A stretch of 64,000 bases of DNA from Chloroflexota bacterium (GTDB lineage Bacteria > Chloroflexota > Dehalococcoidia > DSTF01 > JACRBR01): assembly GCA_028872875.1 (NCBI GenBank), contig JAGWOC010000009.1, positions 1,806 through 65,805 on the forward strand, read 5' to 3'. This document shows, in pieces, positions 50,999-61,364 of the stretch (position 1 is its first letter; every line of letters begins with the position of its first letter). Position numbers and translations under genes: made by a program. Below the pieces are notes generated by a model, which did not search any database, was not told the DNA's origin, and was given only the letters and a program-made list of their open reading frames with translations.

Positions 50999-51748
50999 AT
51001 GCCCATCATCATCAAGTCCGACGAGGAGATCGCCATCATGCGCCATGCCGGAAGCGTCGTCGCGCAGACGCTGCGGCGCCTCGTCCTGGAGCTGCGGCCG
51101 GGGCTGGTCGTGAAGGAGCTGGACAAGATCGTCCGCAGAGAGTTCGAGAAGCACAAGGTGATTCCGACCTTCCTTGGCTACCACGGCTATCCGGCGACGG
51201 TCTGTGTCTCCGTGAACGACGAGATCGTGCACGGGATCCCCGGGAGGCGCGTGATCGAGGACGGCGACGTGGTCAGCCTGGACCTCGGCTGCACGTACGA
51301 GGGATTCGTGGCGGACTCGGCGCTGACCGTCATCGTGGGGGCGCCGAAGCCGGGAACGGAGCGGCTGGTTGACGTAACGCGCGAGTCGCTCGACGAGGGC
51401 ATCCGGCAGGCACGGCCTGGCAACCGCCTGGGTGCAATCTCGCACGCCATCCAGACGTACGTCGAGTCGCGGGGCTTCGGCGTCGTGCGCGAATACGTCG
51501 GCCACGGCGTGGGCCGGCAGATGCACGAGGAGCCGCAGGTGCCGAACTACGGGCCGCCGGACCGCGGCCCGCTCCTGAAGAAGGGGATGGTGCTCGCGCT
51601 CGAGCCCATGGTGACGATGGGCGACTGGCGGACGCGCCAGATGGAGGACAACTGGACCGTCAAGACTGTTGATGGCAGCCTGGCGGCCCACTTCGAGCAC
51701 ACGATCGCGATTACCGACGGCGAGCCGCGCGTGCTGACCGTCCCATAG
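50999..51748 (+). CDS. map: Type I methionine aminopeptidase
   Basis: Pita-bread fold metal ligands (DLGCTYEGFVADS, HGVGRQMHEEP, LEPM). Confidence 0.95.
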   Translation: MPIIIKSDEEIAIMRHAGSVVAQTLRRLVLELRPGLVVKELDKIVRREFEKHKVIPTFLGYHGYPATVCVSVNDEIVHGIPGRRVIEDGDVVSLDLGCTYEGFVADSALTVIVGAPKPGTERLVDVTRESLDEGIRQARPGNRLGAISHAIQTYVESRGFGVVREYVGHGVGRQMHEEPQVPNYGPPDRGPLLKKGMVLALEPMVTMGDWRTRQMEDNWTVKTVDGSLAAHFEHTIAITDGEPRVLTVP

Positions 51749-51835
51749 GGAGGCAGATAAAAGGTTTCGTTCGCGGAACGGGGAGCGGATTCAGTATACT
51801 GATAGCCTTGAGATCGAGGATCTCGTTAGGGGACA

Positions 51836-52096
51836 ATGGCCAATCGTTCACGTCGTCAGCAGACCAGTGGCGGCACTCGCAACAAGAAGGACGCCATCGA
51901 AGTCGAGGGCGTCGTGCGGGAACCGCTGCCCAATGCCATGTTCAAGGTTGAGCTGCCGAACGGGCACCAGGTGCTGGCGCATATCTCGGGCAAGATCAGG
52001 CTGCACTTCATCAAGGTGCTGCCGGGTGACCGGGTGCTGGTGGAGCTGTCGCCCTACGACCTGACGCGTGGGCGCATTACGTATCGGTTCAGGTAG
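51836..52096 (+). CDS. infA: Translation initiation factor IF-1 (about 12-aa N-terminal extension or later start)
   Basis: [52 protein letters not shown]1-like fold. Confidence 0.9.
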   Translation: MANRSRRQQTSGGTRNKKDAIEVEGVVREPLPNAMFKVELPNGHQVLAHISGKIRLHFIKVLPGDRVLVELSPYDLTRGRITYRFR

Positions 52097-52106
52097 GGGG
52101 ACGGCG

Positions 52107-52220
52107 ATGAGAGTGCGGGCGTCGATCAAGAAGCGCTGCGAGAAATGCAAGATCATCAAGCGGCACGGGGTGCTGCGGGTGATCTGCGAGATCCCGAAGC
52201 ACAAGCAACGGCAGGGGTAA
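52107..52220 (+). CDS. rpmJ: 50S ribosomal protein L36 (37 aa; absent from ORF track)
   Basis: [38 protein letters not shown]-x2-C-x12-C-x4-H zinc ribbon. Confidence 0.9.
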   Translation: MRVRASIKKRCEKCKIIKRHGVLRVICEIPKHKQRQG

Positions 52221-52226
52221 GGGAAG

Positions 52227-52610
52227 ATGGCACGAATCGCCGGCGTAGATATCCCGCGCGAGAAGCGTGTTGACGTGTCGCTGCGCTACATCTTCGGCAT
52301 CGGCTCGACGGCCGCATCGAAGATCGTCACGCAGACGCAGGTCAACCCCGCGACCAAGGTGCGCGACCTCACGGATGAGGAGGTGAACCGCATCCGCGAG
52401 GTGATCGACAAAGAGTTCGTGGTCGAAGGCGACCTGCGGCGCGAGGTGCGCCAGAACATCCAGCGGCTGATCGAGATCAATTGCTATCGCGGCGTCCGCC
52501 ACCGCCGCGGCTTGCCGGTACGCGGGCAGCGCACCAAGACCAACGCCCGCACGAAGCGCGGCGCCCGGCGCACCGTGGCCGGCAGGCGTAAGGCAGCAGC
52601 CAAGAAGTAG
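52227..52610 (+). CDS. rpsM: 30S ribosomal protein S13
   Basis: [15 protein letters not shown]... Confidence 0.95.
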   Translation: MARIAGVDIPREKRVDVSLRYIFGIGSTAASKIVTQTQVNPATKVRDLTDEEVNRIREVIDKEFVVEGDLRREVRQNIQRLIEINCYRGVRHRRGLPVRGQRTKTNARTKRGARRTVAGRRKAAAKK

Positions 52611-52672
52611 GCGGGCGGGGTTTCCGCCGGGGACCGCACGCGGGCCTGGATCGCGGCGGACAGAGGAGACGC

Positions 52673-53074
52673 ATGGCCGAGCGAAAGGCACCGAGCAAGG
52701 GCAAGGGGCGCAAGCGCGAGCGGAAGTCCGTGCCGCGCGGGCGTGCGTACGTGCAGTCGACGTTTAACAACACGCTGATCACGCTCACCGACCCAAACGG
52801 GAACGTGCTCTCGTGGGCGAGCGCCGGCCAGTCGGGGTTCAAGGGATCGCGCAAGAGCACGCCCTACGCCGCGCAGATCGCCGCCGAGGGCGCGGCGCGG
52901 CGGGCGATGGAGCATGGCCTGCGCCAGGTCGAGGTGTTCGTCAAGGGGCCGGGCAGCGGCCGCGAAGCGGCCATCCGGGCGCTGCAGGCCAGCGGGCTCG
53001 TCGTGCTCAGCATCAAGGACTCGACGCCGGTGCCGCACAACGGCTGCCGCCCGCCGAAGCGCCGCCGCGTCTAG
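52673..53074 (+). CDS. rpsK: 30S ribosomal protein S11
   Basis: [21 protein letters not shown]... Confidence 0.95.
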   Translation: MAERKAPSKGKGRKRERKSVPRGRAYVQSTFNNTLITLTDPNGNVLSWASAGQSGFKGSRKSTPYAAQIAAEGAARRAMEHGLRQVEVFVKGPGSGREAAIRALQASGLVVLSIKDSTPVPHNGCRPPKRRRV

Positions 53075-53092
53075 GCGGTTGGAGGAGACCAG

Positions 53093-53719
53093 ATGGCTCG
53101 ATACACAGGACCGGTCTGCCGCGTCTGCCGCCGCTACGGCGAGAAGCTGATGCTCAAGGGCGACAAGTGCGTGAGCAAGTGCACGCTCGACAAGCGGCCC
53201 TCGCCTCCGGGCGAGCAGAAATCAGGCCGGCGCCGCAAGCTGTCGGACCGCGCGCTGCAGCTCCGGGAGAAGCAGAAGGCACGCTACTCGTACGGCGTGC
53301 TCGAGAAGCAGTTCGTCGCCTACTACGAGGACGCCGTCCGGCTGCCGGGCGTCACCGGCCAGAACCTCGTGCGTCTGCTGGAGCTCCGGCTCGACAACGT
53401 CGTCCACAGGATGGGCTTCGCCGACTCACTCAAGCAGGCGCGCCAGATCGTGCGGCACGGTCACATCATGCTCAACGGACGCAAGACCGACATCCCGTCC
53501 GCCGCGACGAAGGCCGGCGATGTCATCGGCTGGACCGCGACGAGCAAGAAGAGCGAGTACTTCAAATTCGCGAAGGAGAACATGTCCAGCAAGAGCACCC
53601 CTGGTTGGCTGAACGTCGACCCTGAGCAGATGACGGGGCGCGTCGTATCGCCGCCGGCACCCGGTGAGACGCCGGCAAGCTTCGACCCGTCCGTCATCGT
53701 CGAGTACTACTCGCGATGA
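53093..53719 (+). CDS. rpsD: 30S ribosomal protein S4
   Basis: MARYTGPVCRVCRRYGEKL... Confidence 0.95.
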   Translation: MARYTGPVCRVCRRYGEKLMLKGDKCVSKCTLDKRPSPPGEQKSGRRRKLSDRALQLREKQKARYSYGVLEKQFVAYYEDAVRLPGVTGQNLVRLLELRLDNVVHRMGFADSLKQARQIVRHGHIMLNGRKTDIPSAATKAGDVIGWTATSKKSEYFKFAKENMSSKSTPGWLNVDPEQMTGRVVSPPAPGETPASFDPSVIVEYYSR

Positions 53720-54897
53720 TGACGGTGCCCAGCATCACGGGCGTGCTGGCTGTGCTGCCCGGCGCAGCGCCGTTCGCCGAGGGAGGAGTGACATTGAACG
53801 ACCTTGAGCCAGCAACGATCGACGTCGAAGAGGAGACGGACACCTACGCGCGTCTCGTGGCGGAGCCGCTGAGCGCGGGCTTCGGCACGACGCTCGGCAA
53901 CGCGCTGCGGCGCGTGCTCCTCAGCTCTCTGCGGGGCGCCGCCGTGACGTCGGTCCGCATTGAAGAAGTTGAGCACGAGTTCTCCACCGTGCCGCACATG
54001 AAGGAAGACACAACAGAGTTCCTCCTCAACCTCAAGGAACTTCGCCTGCGCGCGTTTTCCGACCGGCCCGGCAAGCTCTACCTGGAGGCGCAGGGCCAGG
54101 GCCCGGTGACCGCCGCAGCCATCCAGACGACCGCGGACTACGAGATCGTCAACCCGGACCTGCACCTGGCGACGCTCGACTCACCGGACGCCCGCCTCAC
54201 CGTCGAGCTGAACGTCGAGCCCGGCGAGGGGTACGCGCCCGCTGGACAGGGCGATGGCCTGCCGATTGGCGTCATCCCCGTCGACGCCATCTTCTCGCCG
54301 GTGCGCCGCGTCAACTTCCACGTGACGCACACGCGCGTCGGCCAGATGACGAACTATGACAAGCTGACGCTCGAGGTCTGGACGGACGGCACGATGTCCG
54401 GCGTCGATGCGGTCAGCCGGAGCGCGGATATCCTGGTCGACGAGCTGCGCATGTTCGCGCGCCTCGGCAAGCCGCTGCCGCCCGTCGTCGAGCGCGGCCT
54501 GGGCATCGGCACGGCGCTGCCGGCGGACAAGTACAACACCCCGATCGAGGACCTGAACCTCTCCGTCCGCGCCTACAACTGCCTCAAGCGCAGCGGGCTG
54601 ATGACAGTGGGCCAGGTGCTCGAGAAGAGCGAAGACGAGCTCCTCTCGCTGCGGAACTTCGGCCGCAAGTCGTACGACGAGCTGCGTGACAAGCTGATCG
54701 AGCTCAATCTCCTCGCGCCTTCGGCAGACGACCGCGATGAGGGCATCGGTGGCGTCCCGATCGGGCGTAGCGGGCCGCCGCCCCCTGCGGACAGCGACAG
54801 CGAGGACCTGAGCCCGCTTGGCGCCGCTCTCATCGAGGCGCTGCGGGAGGCCGGAGAGGATCCCTCGGAGCTGGTGAAGCGCAAGGGGGACGACTAG
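53716..54897 (+). CDS. rpoA: DNA-directed RNA polymerase alpha subunit (possible later start at GTG ~53790; long acidic C-terminal extension)
   Basis: N-terminal domain [17 protein letters not shown]...; alpha-[25 protein letters not shown]; ~60-aa Asp/Glu/Ser-rich tail. Confidence 0.9.
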   Translation: MMTVPSITGVLAVLPGAAPFAEGGVTLNDLEPATIDVEEETDTYARLVAEPLSAGFGTTLGNALRRVLLSSLRGAAVTSVRIEEVEHEFSTVPHMKEDTTEFLLNLKELRLRAFSDRPGKLYLEAQGQGPVTAAAIQTTADYEIVNPDLHLATLDSPDARLTVELNVEPGEGYAPAGQGDGLPIGVIPVDAIFSPVRRVNFHVTHTRVGQMTNYDKLTLEVWTDGTMSGVDAVSRSADILVDELRMFARLGKPLPPVVERGLGIGTALPADKYNTPIEDLNLSVRAYNCLKRSGLMTVGQVLEKSEDELLSLRNFGRKSYDELRDKLIELNLLAPSADDRDEGIGGVPIGRSGPPPPADSDSEDLSPLGAALIEALREAGEDPSELVKRKGDD

Positions 54898-54899
54898 CG

Positions 54900-55262
54900 A
54901 TGCGGCACAAGATCAGCGGCCGCAAGTTCGACCGCCCGTCCGACCAGCGGCGCGCGCTCTTCCGTATGCTCGTCGCCGACCTGCTGCGCTACGAGCGGCT
55001 GAAGACGACCGAAGCGAAGGCAAAGGAGGTGCGGCCCCTTGCCGAGAAAATGGTGACGCTCGGCAAGGACGGCACCGTGCACGCGCGCCGGCAGGCGATG
55101 GCCTACATCAACGACAAGGATGTGGTGAAGAAGCTGTTCGACGACATCGCACCGCGCTTCTCGACGCGACCAGGCGGGTACACGCGCATCATCAAGCTCG
55201 GCACGCGCGTTGGCGATGGCGCGGCGATGGCGCAGCTCGAGCTGGTGGAGCGCGGCGCCTGA
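54900..55262 (+). CDS. rplQ: 50S ribosomal protein L17
   Basis: [24 protein letters not shown]... Confidence 0.95.
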   Translation: MRHKISGRKFDRPSDQRRALFRMLVADLLRYERLKTTEAKAKEVRPLAEKMVTLGKDGTVHARRQAMAYINDKDVVKKLFDDIAPRFSTRPGGYTRIIKLGTRVGDGAAMAQLELVERGA

Positions 55263-55266
55263 CGGC

Positions 55267-56055
55267 GTGGCCGGCGCAGCCGCCGCGGAGGCCCGGCGCA
55301 TCGCCGTGCTGCTGGAGTACGACGGGACCGCCTACCGCGGCTCGCAGTACCAGGAGGGCGGCCGCACGATCCAGTCCGAGCTGGAGGCGGCGTTGAACAA
55401 TCTGACCGGCGAAACCGTGCGCGTCGCGTTTGCGGGCCGCACGGACGCCGGTGTGCATGCCCTGGGGCAGGTTGCCGCGTTCGGCACGCGCGCCCGGCTC
55501 GGCGCCGCGGAGTTCGTCGGCGGGCTGAACCACTTCCTACCGCGGGACCTCGCGGTGCGGGCGGCCGCGGAAGCCGACGCGCGCTTCGACCCGCGGCGCG
55601 ATGCCCGCGGCCGTCTGTATCGGTACTGGATCGATACACGGCCGGTGCGCTCGCCGCTCTGGCGCGATCGCGCGTGGCACGTGCCGCGCAGGCTCGACGT
55701 CGAGGCGATGCGGCGGGCCGGGAAGCGGCTGGAGGGCGCCCACGACTTCGCGGCGTTCGCGGCGCCGTACGATGGTACGACCACCCGTACGCTCCGGCGA
55801 TGCGAGGTGGTGGGCGAGGGGCGCTGCGTGCGGGTGGAGATGGAGGCGCAGGCGTTTCTGCCGCACCAGGTGCGGAGGACCGTCGGGCCGCTGGTCGAGG
55901 TGGGCAGCGGGCGGATGGGCGAAGACGCGCTCGTCAGGCTGGTCGAAGAGGCACAGCCGTCGAGCGCAGGTCCGGCGGCACCGGCTTGCGGGTTGTACCT
56001 GGTGTCGATAGCGTATGATGGCCTCGCGTTCGGGGCCGGAGAAGGGGACGGATGA
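55267..56055 (+). CDS. truA: tRNA pseudouridine(38-40) synthase
   Basis: GTG start; [19 protein letters not shown] and catalytic-Asp context [15 protein letters not shown]. Confidence 0.85.
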   Translation: MAGAAAAEARRIAVLLEYDGTAYRGSQYQEGGRTIQSELEAALNNLTGETVRVAFAGRTDAGVHALGQVAAFGTRARLGAAEFVGGLNHFLPRDLAVRAAAEADARFDPRRDARGRLYRYWIDTRPVRSPLWRDRAWHVPRRLDVEAMRRAGKRLEGAHDFAAFAAPYDGTTTRTLRRCEVVGEGRCVRVEMEAQAFLPHQVRRTVGPLVEVGSGRMGEDALVRLVEEAQPSSAGPAAPACGLYLVSIAYDGLAFGAGEGDG

Positions 56056-56510
56056 GCACCTACACGTTGAGGCCGCGCGACATCGAAGAGACATGGCACG
56101 TGGTCGACGCCGAAGGACAGTCGCTCGGGCGGCTCGCGTCGGACATCGCGGCGACGCTGCGCGGCAAGAAGCGGCCGACGTTCACGCCGTCCCTGCCCAA
56201 CGGAGACTTCGTGGTCGTCGTCAACGCCGCGAAGGTGAAGGTGACGGGCGATACGTCGGAGAAGAAGTACTGGCGGCACACCATGTACCCCGGCGGCCTG
56301 CGCTCGATCAGCCAGGAGAAGCTGCTGGCGACGCGCCCGGAGCGCGTCATCGAGTACGCGGTGAAAGGGATGCTGCCGCACGGCGCGCACGGCGCCCGTC
56401 TGCTGCGGCGGCTGAAGGTGTACGCCGGTCCGGAGCACCCGCACGCGTCGCAGGTCAACGCCGGGAAGGGGAAGCATCGCGGCGAGACGCCGGCCCGCCC
56501 GCCCGTGTAA
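56052..56510 (+). CDS. rplM: 50S ribosomal protein L13
   Basis: [23 protein letters not shown]...; ATGA overlap with truA. Confidence 0.95.
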   Translation: MSTYTLRPRDIEETWHVVDAEGQSLGRLASDIAATLRGKKRPTFTPSLPNGDFVVVVNAAKVKVTGDTSEKKYWRHTMYPGGLRSISQEKLLATRPERVIEYAVKGMLPHGAHGARLLRRLKVYAGPEHPHASQVNAGKGKHRGETPARPPV

Positions 56511-56552
56511 CACGTCAGGACGGAGCGTGATGGCCCGTCGAGGAGGAGAACG

Positions 56553-56951
56553 ATGGCAACGAGCGAGCGCTACTTCTACGGCACGGGCCGCCGCAAGACG
56601 GCCGTCGCCCGGGTGCGCCTGTACCCGGGCAGCGGCGAGATCCTGGTCAACGGCAAGGGCTACCTCGACGTGTTCACGCGCGGCTCCCACCAGAACGCCG
56701 TGCTGGCGCCGCTGAAGGCAGTCGGCGGCGCCGAGCGCTGGAACGTCCAGGCGCGGGTCGAGGGCGGCGGCATCACCGGTTGGGCGGGCGCCGTTTCGCA
56801 CGGCATCGCCCGTGCCCTCGCGGTGTCGGACGAGGCCCTGAAGCCGGCGCTGCGGCGTCAGAGCCTGCTCACGCGCGACGCCCGCATGAAGGAGCGCAAG
56901 AAGGTCGGCCTGAAGCGCGCCCGCAAGGCGCCGCAGTACACCAAGCGCTAG
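56553..56951 (+). CDS. rpsI: 30S ribosomal protein S9
   Basis: YFYGTGRRKTAVARVRL...KKVGLKRARKAPQYTKR. Confidence 0.95.
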   Translation: MATSERYFYGTGRRKTAVARVRLYPGSGEILVNGKGYLDVFTRGSHQNAVLAPLKAVGGAERWNVQARVEGGGITGWAGAVSHGIARALAVSDEALKPALRRQSLLTRDARMKERKKVGLKRARKAPQYTKR

Positions 56952-57021
56952 CAGTTCGTCGTGGTGCGGCGCCGCTACCCCGCGCAGATGAACCATCACC
57001 CACACAGTCGGAGCGCGGGCT

Positions 57022-57043
57022 GAAGGCCCGCGCGAGCTTGCCC
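57022..57043. terminator. Hairpin GCGCGGGC-tgaag-GCCCGCGC between convergent rpsI and rpsT
   Basis: Perfect 8-bp GC stem seen in sequence; no U-tract. Confidence 0.5.
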
Positions 57044-57196
57044 GCCGATCGCTGATTGAGAAACCGAGGCGGGGTATCGGTTATCACCGCTCCGCCCGCG
57101 CCATCTCGCGAGCAATCGCGGCGTCGAGCACGAGCGCTGTGCGCACGCCCGCCGTGAGCGGGCGCCGGACGGACGGCCGTCGCGCGGGGCGGTCTG

Positions 57197-57640
57197 CTAA
57201 GCCTTCGGCTTCGTCGCGCGCGGCTTGGCCGCGGCTTTCGGTCTGGCGTCGGCCTTGGCCTTCGCCTCGGCCTTCGGTTTCGCCTCGGCCTTCGGCCTGG
57301 CCGCGGCGCGCGGCTTCGCGGCGGCCGGCTTCGCCGTGCTGGCCTTGCGAACGCGCTTTGCCGGCGCCACCGTGCCCGCCGCGCTGTCCGCGCGGTGCAG
57401 TTGCCGCGCGAGGCGCGACTTGTGGCGCGCCACGGCGTTCTTGTGGACGACGTTGCCCTTCGCCGCCCGGTCCAGGATGCTCGCCGCCGTCCGGACTGCC
57501 TCCGCGGCGTCAGGCGCGCCGGCGACGACGGCCGCGTGCGCCTTCTTCACGGCGGTGCGCGCTGCCGTACGGACGCCCTTGTTGCGGCTGCGGTGCGCCT
57601 CGTTCTGGCGCCAGCGCTTCAGCGCCGATTTCGAGTGTGC
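57197..57640 (-). CDS. rpsT: 30S ribosomal protein S20 with ~70-aa Lys/Ala/Pro-rich C-terminal tail
   Basis: SD GGAGGA 7 nt before TTG; AHSKSALKRWRQNEAHRSRNKGVRTAARTAVKK matches the S20 N-terminus; tail PKAEAKPKAEAKAKADARPKAAAKPRATKPKA encoded by imperfect tandem DNA repeats. Confidence 0.8.
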   Translation of the reverse strand, partial: AHSKSALKRWRQNEAHRSRNKGVRTAARTAVKKAHAAVVAGAPDAAEAVRTAASILDRAAKGNVVHKNAVARHKSRLARQLHRADSAAGTVAPAKRVRKASTAKPAAAKPRAAARPKAEAKPKAEAKAKADARPKAAAKPRATKPKA

Positions 57641-57819
57641 CAAGCGATCATCCTCCGGCTGTTGTGAACCAAACAAATCATGCTAACGGCACGGCCCGCA
57701 TGTGTCCAGCACGACCCGGCCGGTTTGTCGGGCTCGGGCGGCCGTAGTATGATGCGGCGACGCGCCGGGCCCCGCGCCCGGCCAGACGGCCCGTCCGGGA
57801 CGCACGCCTCGCGCGAGAG

Positions 57820-59475
57820 ATGCCCATGATGCGAAGCCTCCGCGACCGCTTCTTCCCCGAGGAGGAAGAAGCCGCCGGGCGGGCGCCTGCCGTGGCGCCG
57901 CCCAGCCTCGCGGTGGCCGCCTCCATCGTCGCGATGGGGTACCTCGGGAGCCGCCTGCTCGGCCTGCTGCGCACCGTCGCCATCGCCCACCAGTTCGGCA
58001 CCAGCCCGAACCTCGACGCGTACTTCGTCGCCTTCCGCATCCCGGATCTGGTGTTCCAGTTGCTCGCGGGGGCCACGCTCGGCAGCGCCTTCATCCCGAC
58101 CTTCGCGCGCGTCGTCGCGGGCCGCGGCGACCGCGAGGCCTGGAGGCTGGCATCGTCGGTGCTGAACCTCGTGCTGCTGGCGACGCTGGTGGTCGCGCTG
58201 CTCGGGCTGCTGCTGGCGCCGCTGCTCGTGCCGCTCACGGCTCCGGGCCTCGGCGATGAGACGGGGCAGCACGCGCAGCTCACGTCGCTCGCCGTGGACC
58301 TGACGCGCATCATGCTGCTGTCGCCCGTGCTGTTCGCGATCAGCGGCATGTTCATGGGGATCCTGAACGCCCGCCACCACTTTTTGGCGCCGGCGCTCGC
58401 CCCGATGTTCTACAACGCCGCGATCATCGTCGCCGCGCTCGTGTCGCACGATGTGCGGGCGCTCGCCTTCGCGGTGGTGATCGGCGCCTTCCTGCATCTG
58501 CTCGTGCAGGTGCCGGCGCTGCGTCTCGTCGGCATGCGCTGGGAGCCGATTGGCGAGTGGCGCGACAAGGCCGTGCGTGAAGTGGGGCGGCTGATGGCGC
58601 CTCGTGTCCTCGGGCTGGCGGCGTTCCAGTTCAACTTCCTGATCGCGACGTTCTTTGCCTCCCTCGTCAGCACCGGCGCGATCTCCGCCGTCAACTACGC
58701 CTGGCTGATCGTCATGACGCCGCTCGGCCTGTTTGGCATGGCGATCTCGACCGCGGTCTTCCCGCGCCTCGCGGAGCAGGCGGCACGCGAGGAGGGCGAT
58801 CTGCGCGAGATGGTGACGAAGTCGCTGCGGCTGATCCTCTATCTGACGATCCCGGCGAGCGTCGGCATCATGATCCTGGCGAAGCCGCTCGTCGCGTTCC
58901 TCCTGCGTAGCGGTGCCTTCGGGGGGTCGTCGACGGATCTCGTCGTCTCGGCGCTCGTCTTCTACGCAGTCGCGCTCTTCGCGCACAGCGGCATCGAGAT
59001 CCTGAGCCGCGGGTTCTACGCCGTCAGCGACACGCGCACGCCCGTCACCTTTGCCGTGATGTCGATGATCATCAACCTAGTGCTTTCGCTCATCCTGGTC
59101 TGGCCGTTCGGGGTCGGCGGGCTGGCGGTCTCCCTCTCGATCGCGACGATCATCGAATTCACCATGCTCGTGCGCACGCTGGACCGGCGCCTGGGCGGAC
59201 TCGACACGCAGCGCACCGTGACGTCGGTGGCGACGATGATCCTCGCCACGGTGCTGATGGCGGAAGCGATCGCGTTGTGGCTGGCGCTGCTGCGGCTCGC
59301 GGGGCTGCTCCAGCTCGACCGCAAGCCCGAGGCAGCGCTGGCCGTGCTGGGGGGCGTCGCAGGGGGCGCCGCAGTCTACTTCTACACGACGCGCCTGCTT
59401 GGCAGCGCCGAAGCCCGGACGGTGATGGAGCGTCTGCCCATGCCCCCGCGGATGCGCGCATTCGTTGGAAGATAG
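57820..59475 (+). CDS. murJ: Lipid II flippase MurJ (MviN family)
   Basis: 14-TM MOP-superfamily architecture; conserved AYFVAFRIPDLV, FYNAAIIVAAL segments. Confidence 0.9.
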   Translation: MPMMRSLRDRFFPEEEEAAGRAPAVAPPSLAVAASIVAMGYLGSRLLGLLRTVAIAHQFGTSPNLDAYFVAFRIPDLVFQLLAGATLGSAFIPTFARVVAGRGDREAWRLASSVLNLVLLATLVVALLGLLLAPLLVPLTAPGLGDETGQHAQLTSLAVDLTRIMLLSPVLFAISGMFMGILNARHHFLAPALAPMFYNAAIIVAALVSHDVRALAFAVVIGAFLHLLVQVPALRLVGMRWEPIGEWRDKAVREVGRLMAPRVLGLAAFQFNFLIATFFASLVSTGAISAVNYAWLIVMTPLGLFGMAISTAVFPRLAEQAAREEGDLREMVTKSLRLILYLTIPASVGIMILAKPLVAFLLRSGAFGGSSTDLVVSALVFYAVALFAHSGIEILSRGFYAVSDTRTPVTFAVMSMIINLVLSLILVWPFGVGGLAVSLSIATIIEFTMLVRTLDRRLGGLDTQRTVTSVATMILATVLMAEAIALWLALLRLAGLLQLDRKPEAALAVLGGVAGGAAVYFYTTRLLGSAEARTVMERLPMPPRMRAFVGR

Positions 59476-59553
59476 GTGACTTCCCGAGCTTGTGGGGGCT
59501 CCGCCTGCGCCGATATACTGGGCGTGACGGTTCCGGGCCTGGCATGCTCAACA

Positions 59554-59580
59554 GTGCGGCCTCACGGGCCGCACATTTAT
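59554..59580 (+). terminator. Hairpin GTGCGGCC-tcacg-GGCCGCAC followed by ATTTAT after murJ
   Basis: Seen in sequence; lies 20 nt upstream of the next gene's SD. Confidence 0.45.
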
Positions 59581-59600
59581 GTCCCGAAGGGGAGGTATCG

Positions 59601-59966
59601 TTGAGTTTCGCAGACAAGACGCTGGTATGCCGCGACTGCAAGCAGAACTTCACGTTCACCGCGGGTGAGCAGGAGTTCTACGCCAACAAGGGGCTGCAGA
59701 ACGAGCCGGTCCGCTGCCCGTCCTGCCGTTCGGCGCGCAAATCGACGCGCACGAACGAGCCCGACGAGGGGTACGTGCGCTACGGCGTCTTCGCCAGTTT
59801 CGGCGGTCGGACGCCGCGCCAGATGCACCCGGCCACCTGCGCCGAATGCGGCATGATGACCGAAGTGCCGTTCCAGCCGCGCGGTGACCGGCCCGTCTAC
59901 TGCAGCGCGTGCTACACGAAGGTGCGTGGCAGCGAGGGTGCGAGCAACGCCGAGCGCGCAAGCTGA
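59601..59966 (+). CDS. Small four-CxxC (double zinc-ribbon) protein, TTG start
   Basis: SD GGGGAGG 5 nt before TTG; LVCRDCKQNF...VRCPSCRSARK and ATCAECGMMT...VYCSACYTKV, four CxxC pairs in two ribbon units. Confidence 0.6.
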   Translation: MSFADKTLVCRDCKQNFTFTAGEQEFYANKGLQNEPVRCPSCRSARKSTRTNEPDEGYVRYGVFASFGGRTPRQMHPATCAECGMMTEVPFQPRGDRPVYCSACYTKVRGSEGASNAERAS

Positions 59967-59994
59967 CCGCACCACCTGGCCCAGCACCGACCAC

Positions 59995-60020
59995 GGCGGC
60001 CTCGGGCGATCGAGGCCGCC
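59995..60020. terminator. Perfect 10-bp hairpin GGCGGCCTCG-ggcgat-CGAGGCCGCC between convergent zinc-ribbon gene and nhaA
   Basis: Seen in sequence. Confidence 0.55.
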
Positions 60021-60023
60021 GTC

Positions 60024-61265
60024 CTATGTCGGGCGGGGGCGCGTCGTCGCCCGCAGCGCCAGATAGCCCGCCGCGCTCATCAGCAGGGAGCCGCCCAGGA
60101 TGCCGAGCTTGGCTTCGTCCACCAGACGCGGGTCGCTGAACGCGAGCGTGCTGATGAAGAGCGAGACCGTGAAGCCGATGCCCGCGACGAGCGCCACCGC
60201 CGCGAGCTGCCGCCAGCGCACACCGGCGGGCAGGGCCGCCAGGCCGAGGCGCGTCGTCAGCCAGGCGCCGCACAGCACGCCCGCGGGTTTGCCGATGACC
60301 AGCCCGGCGGCGACGCCGACGGCGACGGGCGAGTGCGCCGCATTGCGCAGCGCGCCGCCGTCGATCGCGATGCCGGCATTCGCGAGCGCGAAGACGGGGA
60401 TGACGGCGTAGCTCGTCCACGGGTGCAGCACGTGCTCGGCGCGTTCGAGCAGCGGCCGGCCGTCGGGCGACGGGCGGCCGCGCGCAGCGTCCGCCGTGTC
60501 GCCTACGGCAAGGGGCGAGACGGGCGTGAGGAGCCCGAGCGCGACGCCGGCGATCGTCGCATGCACCCCCGACTCGAACACCGCCAGCCAGGCGATGACA
60601 CCGGCGATGAGGTACAGCGTCACGGGCCGCACACCGGCGCGGCCCATCGCGACGACCACCGCGAACAGCACCCCGGCTCCGGCCAGCCAGCCGAGGGCGA
60701 TGTCGTCGCTGTAGAAGGCGGCGATGACGACGATGGCGCCGATGTCGTCGACGATCGCCAGCGCGAGCAGAAAGACCTTGAGCGCGGCGGGCACGCGCGT
60801 GCCGGCAAGCACCACGACGCCGACGGCGAAGGCGATGTCCGTGGCCATCGGGATGCCCCAGCCGCGCGCTCCCGCGCCCCCGGCGTTCATCGCGACGTAG
60901 ATCGCGGCGGGCACGAGCATGCCGCCGAGCGCCGCCGCCACCGGCAGTGCCACACTCCTGCGGTCCGCCAGCTCGCCGTGGACGGTCTCGCGCTTGATCT
61001 CGAGCCCGACGACGTAGAAGAACAGCGCCATCAACGCATCGTTCACCCACGCGCGCAGCGACAGGTCGATGCTGAGAGGGTGGATGCCGACGCGGAGGTG
61101 CGTGCCCCAGACGCTGCCGTAGCTCGCACCGAACGGGGCGTTTGCCCAGGCGAGCGCGGCGGCCGCCGCGAGCAGGAGCAGCACGCCGCCTGCGGCCTCG
61201 GTCCGCAGGAACTCCTGCAGGGGCCGCGCGATCAGCCTCGGGACCGCCCGCGCGTGGTGTCGCAT
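60024..61265 (-). CDS. nhaA: Na+/H+ antiporter NhaA
   Basis: NhaA-family motifs WVNDALMALFFYVVGLEIKRE, AIVDDIGAIVVIA. Confidence 0.9.
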   Translation of the reverse strand: MRHHARAVPRLIARPLQEFLRTEAAGGVLLLLAAAAALAWANAPFGASYGSVWGTHLRVGIHPLSIDLSLRAWVNDALMALFFYVVGLEIKRETVHGELADRRSVALPVAAALGGMLVPAAIYVAMNAGGAGARGWGIPMATDIAFAVGVVVLAGTRVPAALKVFLLALAIVDDIGAIVVIAAFYSDDIALGWLAGAGVLFAVVVAMGRAGVRPVTLYLIAGVIAWLAVFESGVHATIAGVALGLLTPVSPLAVGDTADAARGRPSPDGRPLLERAEHVLHPWTSYAVIPVFALANAGIAIDGGALRNAAHSPVAVGVAAGLVIGKPAGVLCGAWLTTRLGLAALPAGVRWRQLAAVALVAGIGFTVSLFISTLAFSDPRLVDEAKLGILGGSLLMSAAGYLALRATTRPRPT

Positions 61266-61364
61266 CGTCTTCTTCCTCTGATCATCGTCTACGGCATGAT
61301 GCCGGACGCCTCGCCGCGCCCGAAGCGCGACGATCGGCGGTGGGAGGCGGGCGCCTGACGGGGG

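Noticed and set aside
48023-51700. 1225-aa minus-strand ORF spanning rpsE to map
   Set aside because: Runs antisense through eight well-defined plus-strand genes (rpsE, rpmD, rplO, secY, adk, map); it only lacks stops because of third-position GC bias.
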